The notes under the pieces: generated by a model
Told to the model about the DNA's origin: nothing
The model's input: only the letters and a program-made list of their open reading frames with translations
Database searches by the model: none
Shown: in pieces, positions 50,760 through 62,899 of the stretch
Layout of the letters: every line of letters begins with the position of its first letter
How positions within the stretch are numbered: the stretch's first letter is position 1
Source of the DNA: Lama glama
Lineage: Eukaryota
NCBI GenBank assembly: GCA_028534125.1
Contig: CM052818.1
Span: 45,944,001 to 46,008,000 of the forward strand
Direction of reading: 5' to 3'
Length of the DNA: 64,000 nucleotides
Translations under genes and position numbers: made by a program

Positions 50760-50985
50760 AGGTATTGTCTAGAGCCAGACTGCCTGGAACCAAATCTTAC
50801 TCTGCCACAAATTAGCTGTCATCTCAGGGAGCTCATTTAACCTCTTGGTGCCTCAGTTTCCTCATTCACAATGTGGGGATAATAATAGTATCTGCTTCAA
50901 AGGGTTGTTGTGAGAACTAGGTGAATTAATATATGTAAAGCTCTTGAAATGACTCAAGAAAGACAGTCAGTGCTATGGGCGTGTT
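50760..50985 (+). mobile_element. MIR SINE
   Basis: agagccagactgcctgg...tttaacctcttggtgcctcagtttcctcat...ggggataataatagta...atgtaaagctctt. Confidence 0.85.
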
Positions 50986-52849
50986 TCTCTCCAAGAGGAG
51001 AAACTCAGTCAAATGCCTGTCGACATCCAGATTTCTCTCTCTCCAGTCTTCCCAGGTATCTGCCCTCAGAATCAATTCCAATGTCTTTGGGTTCATTTTA
51101 CATCTTTTCTAGTGTCTTTATCGAAGCCCCTAGAACAGTGTCCCTCATTCTGGGCTCTGATGGTAGCCCGTGTCTACCTGCCCAAATAGGAGCGCTCCCA
51201 GTAGGCAGGGATCTCCTCCTTCATCTCTGCATCCCTCACAGCAGCATGAAACCTGGTACAAAGCCAGTGCTCCATCAGGGACTGTCGGCGAGTCAGTGGC
51301 TGCATGACCAAGTGCATCCTTTCCCCGTCTTCACCCCCTACCTCCCTCCTGGCACCAGTAGGTCCTCACACTTTTGATTGAATTGAACTCAACTTATTCT
51401 GAAGTTTGAGACTAGACATTCTCACTGGGTGGGTGTCTTGGAGCCCCCTGAAGGCTACTGGATTTTTTCCCAACGTGTACAATAAAATCCTCAAGGTGGA
51501 GTGGTCCTTCCTGCCTTCCCAGATCGTCTGAATGCCCGGTAGAGATGTGTCCAGGAGTCTCCGACCCACCGCAAGTTGTTCCCAAGTAGTTGGCAGAGAT
51601 GTTGCAGATTTAGATGATCCCGCCAAGATACCCACTGCCCACCTTTCTGGAAACATCTAGGGTTTCTCTCTGGTGCACTGTTCTCCTGAGTGATAATTCT
51701 AGAAACCCATTCTTTGTCTTTGGCAATAACAACCCAATTCCCAAGACTCCAAATGGAAAATAACAGCCTTAATTTCCAGACTCCTGGAGGGGAAAAAGCC
51801 AGACAGAACCCTCCCAGCTGTTGAGGTTCTGTCAGCACCAGGCCAAATGCATCGAGCCCAAATGACTACTTGAAGCATTATTAGAAATCAGGTTGCCCCA
51901 TCATCACAATTCTCCCTGAGCTGAGAGGCTGGGAAAAAATAAGGCAGATTGTGTGCTGTGTGCAAAAGCTGGACCAGGGAGCCTCTGAGATTAATTACAG
52001 CCGGCGAGTCCAATGTCTGGGAGCCCCTGGGAAGCGCTATCTGGGGGAAGCATAAATCAGGCTCCCCTAAAGGAGCTGGAGATGCGCTCCATTCCACTGT
52101 GCAAACAAAATTAACGCTGCTTATCAAAGCCCTTCCTCATCAATATAAAGTTGGATTTCTATTAGTCACCAAGGGCCATTTTCCTAGATGCAAACGGACT
52201 TACTGAGCTGGATGATTTTTAGTGCAACATCTGATGGAGGTTCTGGGGAGCAGACAGCCCTTGCTGGTATATTTAACAAGCACTGGGGCTTTTTCCTTTG
52301 GCTCTGAGGCTAAGCTCATTATCCAAGGAACAAATGGAATATGAAGGCTGCCTCAGTGCTGCCAGAGACCATTAAAAAATTTGCTATGAAACAAAGTTGG
52401 TGCATCATTCAGCTGTGCAGAGGAGAAACTTGGAAGCAGAGGCGGTAGAGGGCTGGGTCTCCATCCCTGGCACCTGTTACTTGGCTCACTCTGTCATTTT
52501 CTGCAAACTCATGCTCCCATCTCTCACCTTTTCCACCACCTGATATTCAGCCTGAACTTGCAGACAGAGTTTCCGAGCCCTCTCTGACTCCCATCCCACA
52601 GAACCATTCTAACTCAGAAGCAACTCCTAACCAAAATGTCCAACTGCTTTTTTTCACCTTCACACTTTAAACAACGTGACAAGAACCACCTGACATCTTT
52701 CTTTCTTAATTCATGTGCCTCAAACTCAGTCAACTTCGTACCTTGTGAACTTCTTAGCAACCCTGACTCTCCCAAACTTGCTCTCCCTCCTGGGTTGTCT
52801 CGCCCAAAGCCAGAACCCTTAGAGCCATTATAAGCTCCTCCCTCCACGT

Positions 52850-52992
52850 CAGGGCTTCTCCATCCCGCTGGCACGTGAGGATCACCTGGGTCCTTTTGAG
52901 AATGACCTGTGTCGCCTGCACCACCCCAGACCAACTCAATGAGACTAAGAGCTGGGTCTGGGCATCAAAGCCTCTCCAGATGATTCTCTACT
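52850..52992. mobile_element. MER5A-like fragment
   Basis: cttctccatcccgctggcac...atcacctggg...caccccagaccaact...ctccagatgattct. Confidence 0.55.
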
Positions 52993-52999
52993 TCTCACT

Positions 53000-53930
53000 C
53001 ACCCCTCTCCCCGACCCCTCCCCAGGCACCAGGCGATGTAGAGCTCACCTCCTGGCTTTCCTCCACTCTCTGTCCCCTCCCCCCACCTCTGCCATTCCTT
53101 CAGACAGTCTGCATTTCTCACCTGGATTATGACAAGAGCATTTCTAATTGGTCCCTCCCAACCCCGAGTCAGACCCTCTGCCATTTCGCCTCTGTTTGCT
53201 GCCAGAATGATTTTTCTCCAGTGCACAACAGATCTTGTCACTGCCTTTCCCTCCATCCCTCCCTTCCTCTCCCCAATTTTCTAAGCATCCATTATGACCA
53301 GACACTGTTTTAGGTCTGCAGAATTATAGGGTTGAACAAAAAGACATCTTAGTCTCTGCTCTCTTAGAGATTGTATTAATAATTGCTCAGAGGAAATGCT
53401 AAACTTCAAACTACATCAGGAATTGTTTAATGACAACTGTGGTTCAGGCCTGGAAGAAGTAAAAGGTAATATGAGAATGTTTTCCCTGCTGAAAATCTCC
53501 CAGCAGCTCACATACAAGACCCCTGGCTGAGGATTAAATTTCAGTTGTCCTCATTCTTACTATGCTCCTTAAAGGCCATCTCACCAAGTAATTCCTTCTC
53601 TGAATATACAATGCTCTCATGCATGAGCTCTCTGCTGCCTGGACTTCTTTCCTCTACTTCTCTCATCTAACTCAGATGTCACCTCCTCCAGGAAGCCTTC
53701 CCTGATATCCCCAGCGTGGATTAGTTGTCCTTCTGCTGTGCTCCCAGACCTCCTTCTGCCAGAAATTATCATGACACGTTCCCTATCCCATTGTGGGATG
53801 TCTGTTACATGTTATGCACCTGCCGTGGCCCCCGAACAACCGCAGGACTGGGAGTGCCCCAGAGCAAGACAGTCTTTTCATCTGTGGTCCTAATTCAGAT
53901 CTGAAACATACTCAGAAAATGAATGAATGT
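53000..53930. mobile_element. Cluster of LINE2 fragments in both orientations
   Basis: tctcacctggattat...gctgccagaatgattttt; cagatgtcacctcctccaggaagccttccctga; aatgaatgaatg tail. Confidence 0.7.
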
Positions 53931-54298
53931 AAAGTAAGAAGCTAACAGTATCTGATTAGCAAGAACACTGAGAAAATTCTAAGGAAAGGGAAAATTTTTA
54001 TTTACTTATCTTTGAGATTTTACCAAAGTTCTAGAGATTGGGAGAGTGAGTCACTGGCCCCTCTGCCTCTCACAGGAATGCTATAGCTGAACCCTGTCAA
54101 GCATTTAACCAGGAGGTGGAGAAGTTAACACACAGAAGGGAGAATGAATAATCTAATAATATTTGTGTCTTGGATCTCATATTACTACAAGTTGTATTTA
54201 TGATAAGTAAATTGAGTTATTAAAAATCAAATCTGATCTAAATACTTTGGAAGACTTGCTCCCTGGTGTCAAAGCCTCACTGATGTAAAGAAACCCCT

Positions 54299-54833
54299 GG
54301 GACAGCGGCACGGTGCTGGTTCGTGGCACTGCGGGGCTGGAGCCAGAGAGTCGCAGCTCTGTCAACAGATGCTAACTGGCTGACAGCAGAAGAGAGCAAC
54401 CAAGTTGTACCTGACCTTAAAGCAGCAGGATGGTCTGAAGTAAGTGACAGAGATGCCACGTACAAAGAGTTGTCTTTCAAAAATGTTAATCAGGCATCTG
54501 GCTTTATGTCCCGAGTTGCCCTACAAGCAGAGAAGATGAATCATCACCCGGAGTGGTTCAATGTGTACAGCAAGGTCCAGATAACTCTCACATCACATGC
54601 CTGTGGCGGGCTGACCAAGAGAGACGTGCAACTGGCCAAGTTTATCGAAAAAGCAGCTGCTTCTGTGTGATCTCTTCCAAAATGCATGTAAAATCTTATG
54701 TACATCTTAGCTCCGATGTATTTTGAAGGCAATTTAAATGAAAAAACTAAGTTGTACATTTAGTTCACCTTTTGAAGCATCGCATTTTGTAAAATCAGTG
54801 CTTAAAAAATAAGATTGACAAACTTGAAAAGAA
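54299..54833 (+). pseudogene. PCBD2: Processed pseudogene of PCBD2 (pterin-4-alpha-carbinolamine dehydratase 2 / DCoH2)
   Basis: The intronless frame ending at TGA 54670 (...[96 protein letters not shown]) closely matches PCBD2. A 3' UTR and A-rich tail follow. TSD aaagaaacccct at 54287-54298 and 54834-54845. No start ATG. Confidence 0.95.
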
Positions 54834-57260
54834 AAAGAAACCCCTAGGATAGGAGTGGGACAGTCCCTTTAAAGCCACCATCCTTGACAACAGGTTACCA
54901 TGTATATGAGAGCACTTTGTAAACTGTAGGTGCTAAACAAATGCAAAATGTCATTCATGAATTCACTCCTAAAGCAAATAAGTGAGCACACCTCTTATGT
55001 AATTACCCCTGTTTAACCACCGGAGTTGCTTAGGCCAGGACCAACTCTTGCCCTAATAGGCTGGCTGAAAAGTCACCCAACCTCTGGTTTTGCCACTTGC
55101 GGCAACACCTGAGATGCTGGGGGCAGAATTAACCTTTGTAAGGACAGCAGGATGGAGGTCTGTCCTGCAAGAGCTAAGGGCAGCAGGGGGCTCAGAACAG
55201 CAGACACGCCATCTCAGTGACCAGAGAGGATGAAGCAAGGGGACCTCCTTTCCCCTTTCCCGGAACCTACCCTGACCAGAGACTTAGCAGCCAGCTCACC
55301 CTCTGCTCCCCTCCCTGAATCCACCTGGAGCCTTCTCCATCAGGCAGTACGACCCAGGACTTGGTGAACACAGTTTCTAAGCACAGTTTCTTGATGTTGA
55401 TAGGACAACAGATAAAGTGCTGTATTTGAAACCTGGGTTGTTTTCGTGTTGCCTATAGCGCTGAGTCTGCTTATGCCCTGCTTTACCCTGCCAGGGGCAG
55501 AGGCGAGAAGCCAGCCAGAGGGCTCGGGCCTGGGTTCCAGGGCTGCCCGCTCTGCACCACTGTGGCTCCTGTGCACACCGTGTCCTTCCCGACCCCCTTT
55601 CTCTGCAGCCGGTGGGCCTGACATCAATCCCTGTCCTCAAAGAATTCTGAGCGGGTCGCAAAGACACAATGTCCATGGGAGTTAAATGGAGGATTATTTA
55701 ACCAAACTAGTATCTAGAGTTCAAAGGGGATATGAGCCAAGTGGCCCACGTGAGGTCACAGAGGGACACCGGGTGTCCAAGTAGGGCCACCAAGTGAAGG
55801 GCGTTAAGTCTCTGTTTGTGTCTGGCTGGAGAATGTCAAACGTGGTCACAATGGAAAAGGCACAGTCATGGGGATCAGGCCAGCGTGAGCATGAGCCGCC
55901 AGCTCCACCCCTCTGCCACCAACCAGCTCTGTGGCCATGCAAGCCACTGGGCCTCAGTTTCCTCACCTGTGATATGGACAGCGTCATAGCGCCTGCTGCC
56001 TGGGTCTACTTCGATATGAAATGGGAGAACGGGGGTGGAGGCTTGCCTCTGTGGGGTACCACGTAAAAGGATCAACCCCACCCCTGAGAAATGAGGGCAG
56101 GGGAAGGTGCTCAAAGTGCAGCCCACTGCTGAGGTGGGCAGTTTAACCACGGAAACAGAATCTATTGTTCTTGCCTTCTTAGAGATTTTAGCTGCCCTCC
56201 CAGGCAGATGCTCCAAATCTATTTCTCATCCGACTAGTTTAGGAAATGCTGAGAACTGGGCTATATGGTTTCTTTCTTTTCTCTTGACAGAGAACAAATT
56301 AACCCGGCTTAGGAATAGTTCCTCCAGTTACGTCCTGGGGGAGAAGGAGGAGGAGGAGGCGCCAAAGTTTGGAACTAGGAGGGGCTGGCCGACCTCAGAT
56401 GCAGCCTGGCCTCTGCAGGAGGGCGGCTGGAAGAACTGCCCGAACCCACTGCCAAAGCCCGGGAGCCACCCCAGCCCTCCGACCCGCCCGCTGCGGACCC
56501 ACTTCAGGAGCACCCTCAGTAGTCCTCTCAGCCTCCCTTTTCACTCGGTTGTTCAGGACCAGATACTGACTTGATGCTGCTGTACCCAGCAAATAAACAG
56601 AGCGTGCCAGGCAGGAAATGCGGCGGGGGGGGGCGGTGTAGAATTTTAAAGAGTCAAGAGAGGAGGCTGAGTTAGGAAGCAGCAGCTGAGTGAAGGCCTG
56701 TGGGGTTGGGGGAAGCCCAGAGACATTGCCCTGAGGAGGGCCAAGTCCCCAGGAATGGCTTTGTGGAAGGGCTGCCCATTCTCCTTGACTACAGAGGGCC
56801 AAACAGGTATAACCTCATGAGACCTGAGACCCTATTAAAACCTCCGTCTCACAGATGGGGGACTGAAGCCCAGACAGAGGAGGAACTTGCTCAAGGTCCC
56901 CTAACCATTAAGGAGCAGAGCTGGGATTCGTCCACCTGCACACTTAACACAACACTGCCCCGCCGCCCTCCCACCCCTACCCCCAGAGCCTGGGTTGAGA
57001 CACGCCTCCTGACACCCCATGCGCAGATGCCACATGTGGCAAAGGCAGGAGTGAAAACCTCTTCTAGTTGAGGTTATCAAGGAAAGCTTCCTGGAGAAAG
57101 AGGCATGTGGGACAGGCCTTGAAGGCTGTGTAAGATTCAAGGGTGAGATAAATGAGCTTATGTGGGAGAAGTGGACAAATGCATGGAGCTGAGAAAGGCA
57201 TGTGGGAGGCAGTGAATATGCCCATTTTATAGGAATCACATGCAGGAACAGGGGGACCTA

Positions 57261-57902
57261 TGAGACAGGAAGGAAGGGGACAGGGCACAGCCATTCAAGG
57301 AATAACACAACAGTTAACACCAGGATGGTGAAAGATTCAACCCTGAGGAGGCCTTGAGGCTCAAGATGGTGGGAGATTTAACTTCTAGTAGACCTTGAGC
57401 TTCATTGTACACCCATTGTAATATATCAGCATGGTGAATAACATGCCCACAGGCCATGACAGTCCCCAGGCTAGCCACAACAGGTCAGAGTGGGAAATGG
57501 TCAACTCCCTGGGAATCCCAGCCCCTTCCCCAGGGTAGTTAGACTGGTCCTCCCGCTTATTAGCATATGAAGCTACGGAGCCCATAAAAACTGGCAACAT
57601 AGCAACTTGCAGCCGCCTGTCTCCTTCTCTCCCTCCTCTTAGGAGACAGCCCGCACTCTGTCTATGGAGTGTGTACCTACTTTTATTCTAATCTGAGCAC
57701 CCAACCCCTACACCTCATGGCCTTTCTCTTGCTTTTTGATGTATCTCTCTAAATAAATCTACCTTTACTCAACTGTGGCTCGCTCTTGAATTCTTTCCTG
57801 CATGAAGCCAAGGACCAACACTAGGCGGGGCTCGTCCCAAGGGCTCAGCTGAGGCCTGAGACACCGACCTCCTCACGCCCCACAGCCGTTTCTCCTGCAT
57901 CA
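57261..57902 (+). mobile_element. MER41-like ERV1 solo LTR
   Basis: tgagacagg...gcatca termini, cccataaaaa TATA-like box, AATAAA near 57752, U5-like ctcgctcttgaattctttcctg. Homologous to the reverse complement of 63069-63656. Confidence 0.8.
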
Positions 57903-59479
57903 CTTTGGCTGGGAAGGGGGTGGGCGAGGTTGTGAAGGGCTCGAGCAGAAAGCAGACCTACTGTTGGTTCCTCATCTGATCGTTCGCGTCCACTTCTGCC
58001 TGAGATTTGTCAGGTCTGTGGACAGCAGCAGCTCCCGAATTTCCACAGGAGGGTTGTCCTCACCTCCATGCTGCCCTTCAGTGCTGCCACCATCCATAGG
58101 GAGTGTTCTGTGCCCAGACTTGCCAACAGAGCCTGAGCTGGGCCCTAAACAAGGGCCGGTTCCTCAGAACATTCAGGGCCAGACAGGCTGGGGGCAGAGG
58201 GGTCTAAGCAGAGGCCTAGGATCCCAAGTTGCCATGGGAACCCTCCAGGAGGACGGAGCGGGGCGTTGGCTGTGCCCTCTGCCTGTGGGTGCCCAGGATT
58301 CTGGGCGGTAACGTGGCAGTGCGGTTCTGGGGGTGGGCCGGCTCAGGGGCTGTGCTGAGAAATGTAACTTCCTCGCCTGTAGTCGGTAAGAAAAGGAATG
58401 GTAGAGAGGAGGCTCTCTGGATGCTCATCTCCAGTCGACTGGCATTGACACCGTAGCCTTGTGCCGCCAGAGGCAGGGGTGAAGAAGCGCCAGCCAAGGG
58501 CTTCCTCAGCGCCGGCCGGGCTCCCGGCTTCAGAAGAAACACATGTGTCAGCGCTTAGCATGGAGCCTGGGAGAGCCGCCTCCACCTGCGGTGTTCCCCC
58601 GTCTCGTGCTCCCCTCTGCATTTCCTCAGAATCATCCTCCCGACCAGGAGGCTGCTTTCTTGCCGCTCAGGCTTCTGGCTGCCTCCCCCGGTGGAGAATC
58701 TCCCAAGGCTGTGGGCCCTCAGGCCTGACAGGCCCGACAGGCCCAGGTGTCCTCAGGGTGTAGAAAGCTCTCCTCAGCTGGCTGGTCCTCCTCAGAGACA
58801 CCTCAGACCCGGGGGTGGCAGAAGCTCTGAGTCAGGGGGAGGCCACTGGGGGGAAAGGGGAAGAGCAGCTCCCAGGGGTCCTGTGGACCCCCCCACACAC
58901 ACACACACATACACACACACGTTTCCTTCTCAGTGTACAAAGCCACACCCCTTCACCCATAAACCAGACCCCAAAGTAGCAGAGTTGACATCTCTAAGAT
59001 AAGCTGTCTCCCCCAAATCATGATGGTCAAAATCTCACATTACAGGTTTCTCAGCCAAATCGGCCTTCACCACCAGAACTGCCCCAACCATGGCCTTTCA
59101 AGAACCTGCCTTCTCGGCCTCCGCTCCGCTCCCATCCTCACTCACACCGTCCCACCCTGACCTGGGGCCACAGTGTCTGTGGTGAGGCCTCCTCCCCTCC
59201 CAAGTGGCTTCGGGAGCAGTGCTGTGATTGCCCTCCAGGCCTAGAATAAACTTTTGCTGAGGAAGGGGGTCCTGGAGCTTTTGCCTTATATTTATTTACA
59301 GGAGTTTCCTTTGGGTTCAATGCTTCATAAAGGCAGAATGTCCAGTTCTGCACCCGTGGCTGAATGAGGTTGGAGGACAAGACCTTTGAGCTCTCAGCAA
59401 AGCCCCCTCCCCCTGCCTGAGTGACCTCTTCCAGAGTCTTCTGTTCTTTCGGTCTCAGTGCTTACTTCACGCCTCAGTT

Positions 59480-59705
59480 GACAAGGGAAGGAAGTATCCA
59501 GCAGCTTTGGAGTCAGCTGAGCACAGTTTGGGTTTGAATCCTGTTCCCCTGTATAATCCTGGCCAGTTATCTACATTTCTGAGACTCAGTTTGTTTGTCT
59601 GGATAATGGGCCTAATAAAGCCTACCTGAAAGTCTGGCGTGAGGAAGATGTTAGAAGGGAAACAGCACATACAGAGCCTATCCAGAGCGGGGCAAGGAGC
59701 AGTTA
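59480..59705 (+). mobile_element. MIR SINE
   Basis: gctttggagtcag...gggtttgaatcctgttcc...tctgagactcagtttgtttgtctg. Confidence 0.7.
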
Positions 59706-60229
59706 CCTACATATGTTGTCTCCCACCTGCACCCCTTCCTGGTGCCCCACCCCTTGGCCCTCGGCCAAAGGGCGGGAAAGGATGGAATGCGGGACAGTCA
59801 TTCCACGCAGAGGGACTGTCCTGAGCTAACAAGGTGGGTGAGGGTGGTGGTCACGAGAGCTGTGTCTGGGATGAGCCCCAGATAGCGGGAGTGGGGCCCT
59901 GAATGCTGGGCCAGGAGCGCCGGTTAGAGTAAAGGGGCAGAGAAGAGTTCCCAGGTTCTGGGTCCCCTTCCTCCGCCTCTCCTCCAATTAGGCAGGGAGG
60001 GGCGTGGCAGTCAGTGGCTGCTCGACACTCATAAATCAGAGTAGGATCCAGGCAAGTGTCCAGCTGTTGAAAACAGCTGACTTGCTCTAGGAGATTTGTA
60101 GCTGCTTGGACTAAAAGCTGGGTCACACCCCTGGGCCCCGCCATGCCCCAGAGCAGAGCGGTGAACACATGCTGAATCACAAAATCACAGGAACCAAAAC
60201 CCACCCTCAACCACACAGCCCTTGGACCC

Positions 60230-60670
60230 ACTGTTCAGCTCTTTGAAGTGGTGGGGGGATGTGGGCAGAAACCCAAGTGATGAGGAGGTCTCGGGGAGCG
60301 CACCTAGCAGAAGGGACCCTGAGGAACCAAAAGCAAAGACCTGGCACATCGGAGGACAAGAGATACGGCCAGTGCAGCCTGTTACAGAGAGAGAGTGGGG
60401 AAGAAAAGGGGGAGCAAAGACCATCAGGGACCTCCCTGGCCAGGGAAGGAGTCTGAGTTTCCTTCTAAGCGCTGTGGAAAACCACTGGAAGGTTTTAAGG
60501 TGGGGGAAACGGCACTGGTTCTTTAGAAAGGTGCTTCTGGCTGGTGTGGAATCAAGTCGGAAGGAGGGCCAGATAGAGGAGGGGGCCTATGAGGAGGCTG
60601 CTGCAGCCACTCAGGCTGGAGAAGACGTAGCTGGGACCGGACATGGCAAGAGGTGGTGAGGTGGGGGTAC
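60230..60670 (-). mobile_element. LINE2 fragment
   Basis: ggccagggaaggagtctgagtttccttctaag...ccactggaaggttttaagg...ttagaaagg...ctggctggtgtgga. Confidence 0.65.
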
Positions 60671-60687
60671 AGCTTAATTCCAGCCAC

Positions 60688-60909
60688 AATCGGGTTTCTC
60701 ACCAGGGGTGCTACTGACATTTCGAGCTGAATAACTTCCTGGTGGGGTGCCCCGTGTGCTGGAAGGGGTCAGCAGCACCCCTGGCCTCCACCCACCAGAT
60801 GCCACTAACGCCGACCTCCCCCCAACAAAGTCATGAGGGGCAAACATGTCCCCAGACATGGCTGAGGGTCCCCTGGAGGGCAAACGGCTCTGGGTTGAAC
60901 ACCACTGCT
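60688..60909. mobile_element. MER20 hAT MITE
   Basis: gtttctcacc...gctactgacattt...cagcacccctggcctccacccaccagatgcca...tgtccccagacat...ggttgaacaccactg. Confidence 0.85.
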
Positions 60910-61019
60910 GTGGAGGCTGCAGAATGTAGGGACAGTGTGGATGTGAACTTGGCGAGAAAGAGAGGAAACAAACACACTGCTAGCTTTCCTCTTTGGGAAG
61001 CTTCCTTCTAAAACATGGA

Positions 61020-61265
61020 TCCATTCAACACCTATTCATTAAGTGCCAACTACATCCCAGGCACTAGTAGCCTTCATGGTTTAACCCACTTAACCTCAAC
61101 GATGCTTTGAAGTGGGTAGCAGTATCATTTCCATTTTACAGATGAAGAAACTGAGGGACAGAGAGATTAAGTAAATTGCCCAAAGTCTCCTGGTGAGCAA
61201 CTGGGATTTGGGCCCAGGTAGTTGGGCTCTTGCATCTGGAAACTGGACCATTACCCTCTGCCACC
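61020..61265 (-). mobile_element. MIR SINE
   Basis: ccattttacagatgaagaaactgagggacagagagattaagtaaattgcccaaagtc...gggatttgggcccagg. Confidence 0.85.
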
Positions 61266-62899
61266 CTTTCTTTTATAGAAAACTCAGTGTGATCGGCCAT
61301 TTGGACAGGAAGAGAAAATGTGCCGGCCACTGTTCAGATCATCTCCCATAAACTGACGCAATGCTTCCCCTTGTCTGAGGCAGGTCATTCTGTGCAACCA
61401 CAATTAGCTTCACGGCTCCAGCTTGCGGCCAGAGCATCTGCTCCTACCGCTTACGGGCTGAATTGTCAGAAGAGGAAAAAACCATAGAGCAGGCATGGGG
61501 CAAGGAGGGGCTGGTCTCTCCTCAGAACCAGGAGTCGCCGGGGGGAGCTTGGGCTCCAGAGTCTGCATCACAGGCCAACCTGGCTTCCCTGCGGGACCTG
61601 CGGGGCCTGTGGGACCTGAGGAACCAGTGAACAGAGACCTCCACACGGCCACCCTAAATCCATGTGGCTGGTCACCTCAGCCTCCGGTGACTTCTTCCTG
61701 GTCCTCCCAGCCCCACCCCCACGTACAATCAGCCGTCCGGCTTCTGTCCCGACCCTCTGCACACTACCCTTCCTGCCCTGACTCCACCACCTTATTTCAG
61801 GCCCTCAGCATTTCTCACCTGAACAGTTGCAATGGCTTCCTAACCAGCTTTCCCGGCCCCAGGCCTGCCACCCCGTAACTCATCCTCCAGCTCCCAATTC
61901 ACTCCTTAAAGTGCAAGTCTTACTGTATCACTCCTGCTCCTCAAGAGCCTTTGGTGTTTCCCCAATAACCTGCTAAGATGAGTGTGAACGGCTCAATTTG
62001 GCAGTCAAGCTGGCCCCCACCCCCAGCCACCAGCCTTCTCTCTCCCTGGTCCCCTCCCCCTCCCTTGATCTGTCTACAGGCCTTCTTAGTGCCTCCAGCC
62101 CCCTATGCTCAGCCTCACAGCTTTCTTTCTACGTCCTGTCCCCAGTCCTGTCCCCAAGCGTGAATCTCTGTCATGACCCAGATCGAGGAAGACTTCTTGG
62201 ACCACCCAAGATGAAAGCAATCGCTTGCTTTGAATTTCCAAGGCTCCTTTTTTGATGCCACTAATCGGCCCCCCTTGCTCTGCGCTGCCTCGTCTGATTC
62301 CCAGATGCCTGTGCGTCATCAAGGTCACCCCGCATTCGCCTCTGTGCCCAGCACAGAGGCAGTGAGAACGCTGTGATACAGGCTTACAGGCCAAGTCCTA
62401 ACTCTATCATTTGCAGACAGGCTTATCTGGAGTAAGTCCCGTAAAGTCTTGGAGCCTCATTTTCTCATCTGTTAAATGGGGACAGGAAACCACCTCCCAG
62501 ACTTGCTAGGAGGAATAAATGGAGAGATGCATGTAAGTGCTCAATAACTGTGCCCTCCTTCCCTCTGTAGGTCGACGTCCATTGGCTGAGCTGCCTCTGA
62601 AGCAGGGAGAGGACAAGGGAGGTGGATTTAGGCCGGGGAGATAAGCTCCCCTCTCTGCTTTCACATGCACATACAGAATTTCACAGGATTTTCCCCAGTA
62701 AAATTAGATCCTGACACACATTCAGGGAATTCCCAGCCGCCATTTCTCCAGAAACGGAGAGTAAGGGGGACCCACTTCCAGCCCATCAAGGCCCAGATGC
62801 TGAGTCACCAGCCCAGTCCAAACACAACGGTCAGAGAAAAGACAACAGCAGCAAAGCCACAAAGAAGCCGTTTGCGGAGCTAACAGGGGCGGGGAGCAC

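Noticed and set aside
61495..61878. Collagen-like exon (GQPGFPAGPAGPVGPE)
   Set aside because: Only a few Gly-X-Y triplets from a 9-bp tandem repeat. The register is broken, and the frame continues into L2-like sequence.
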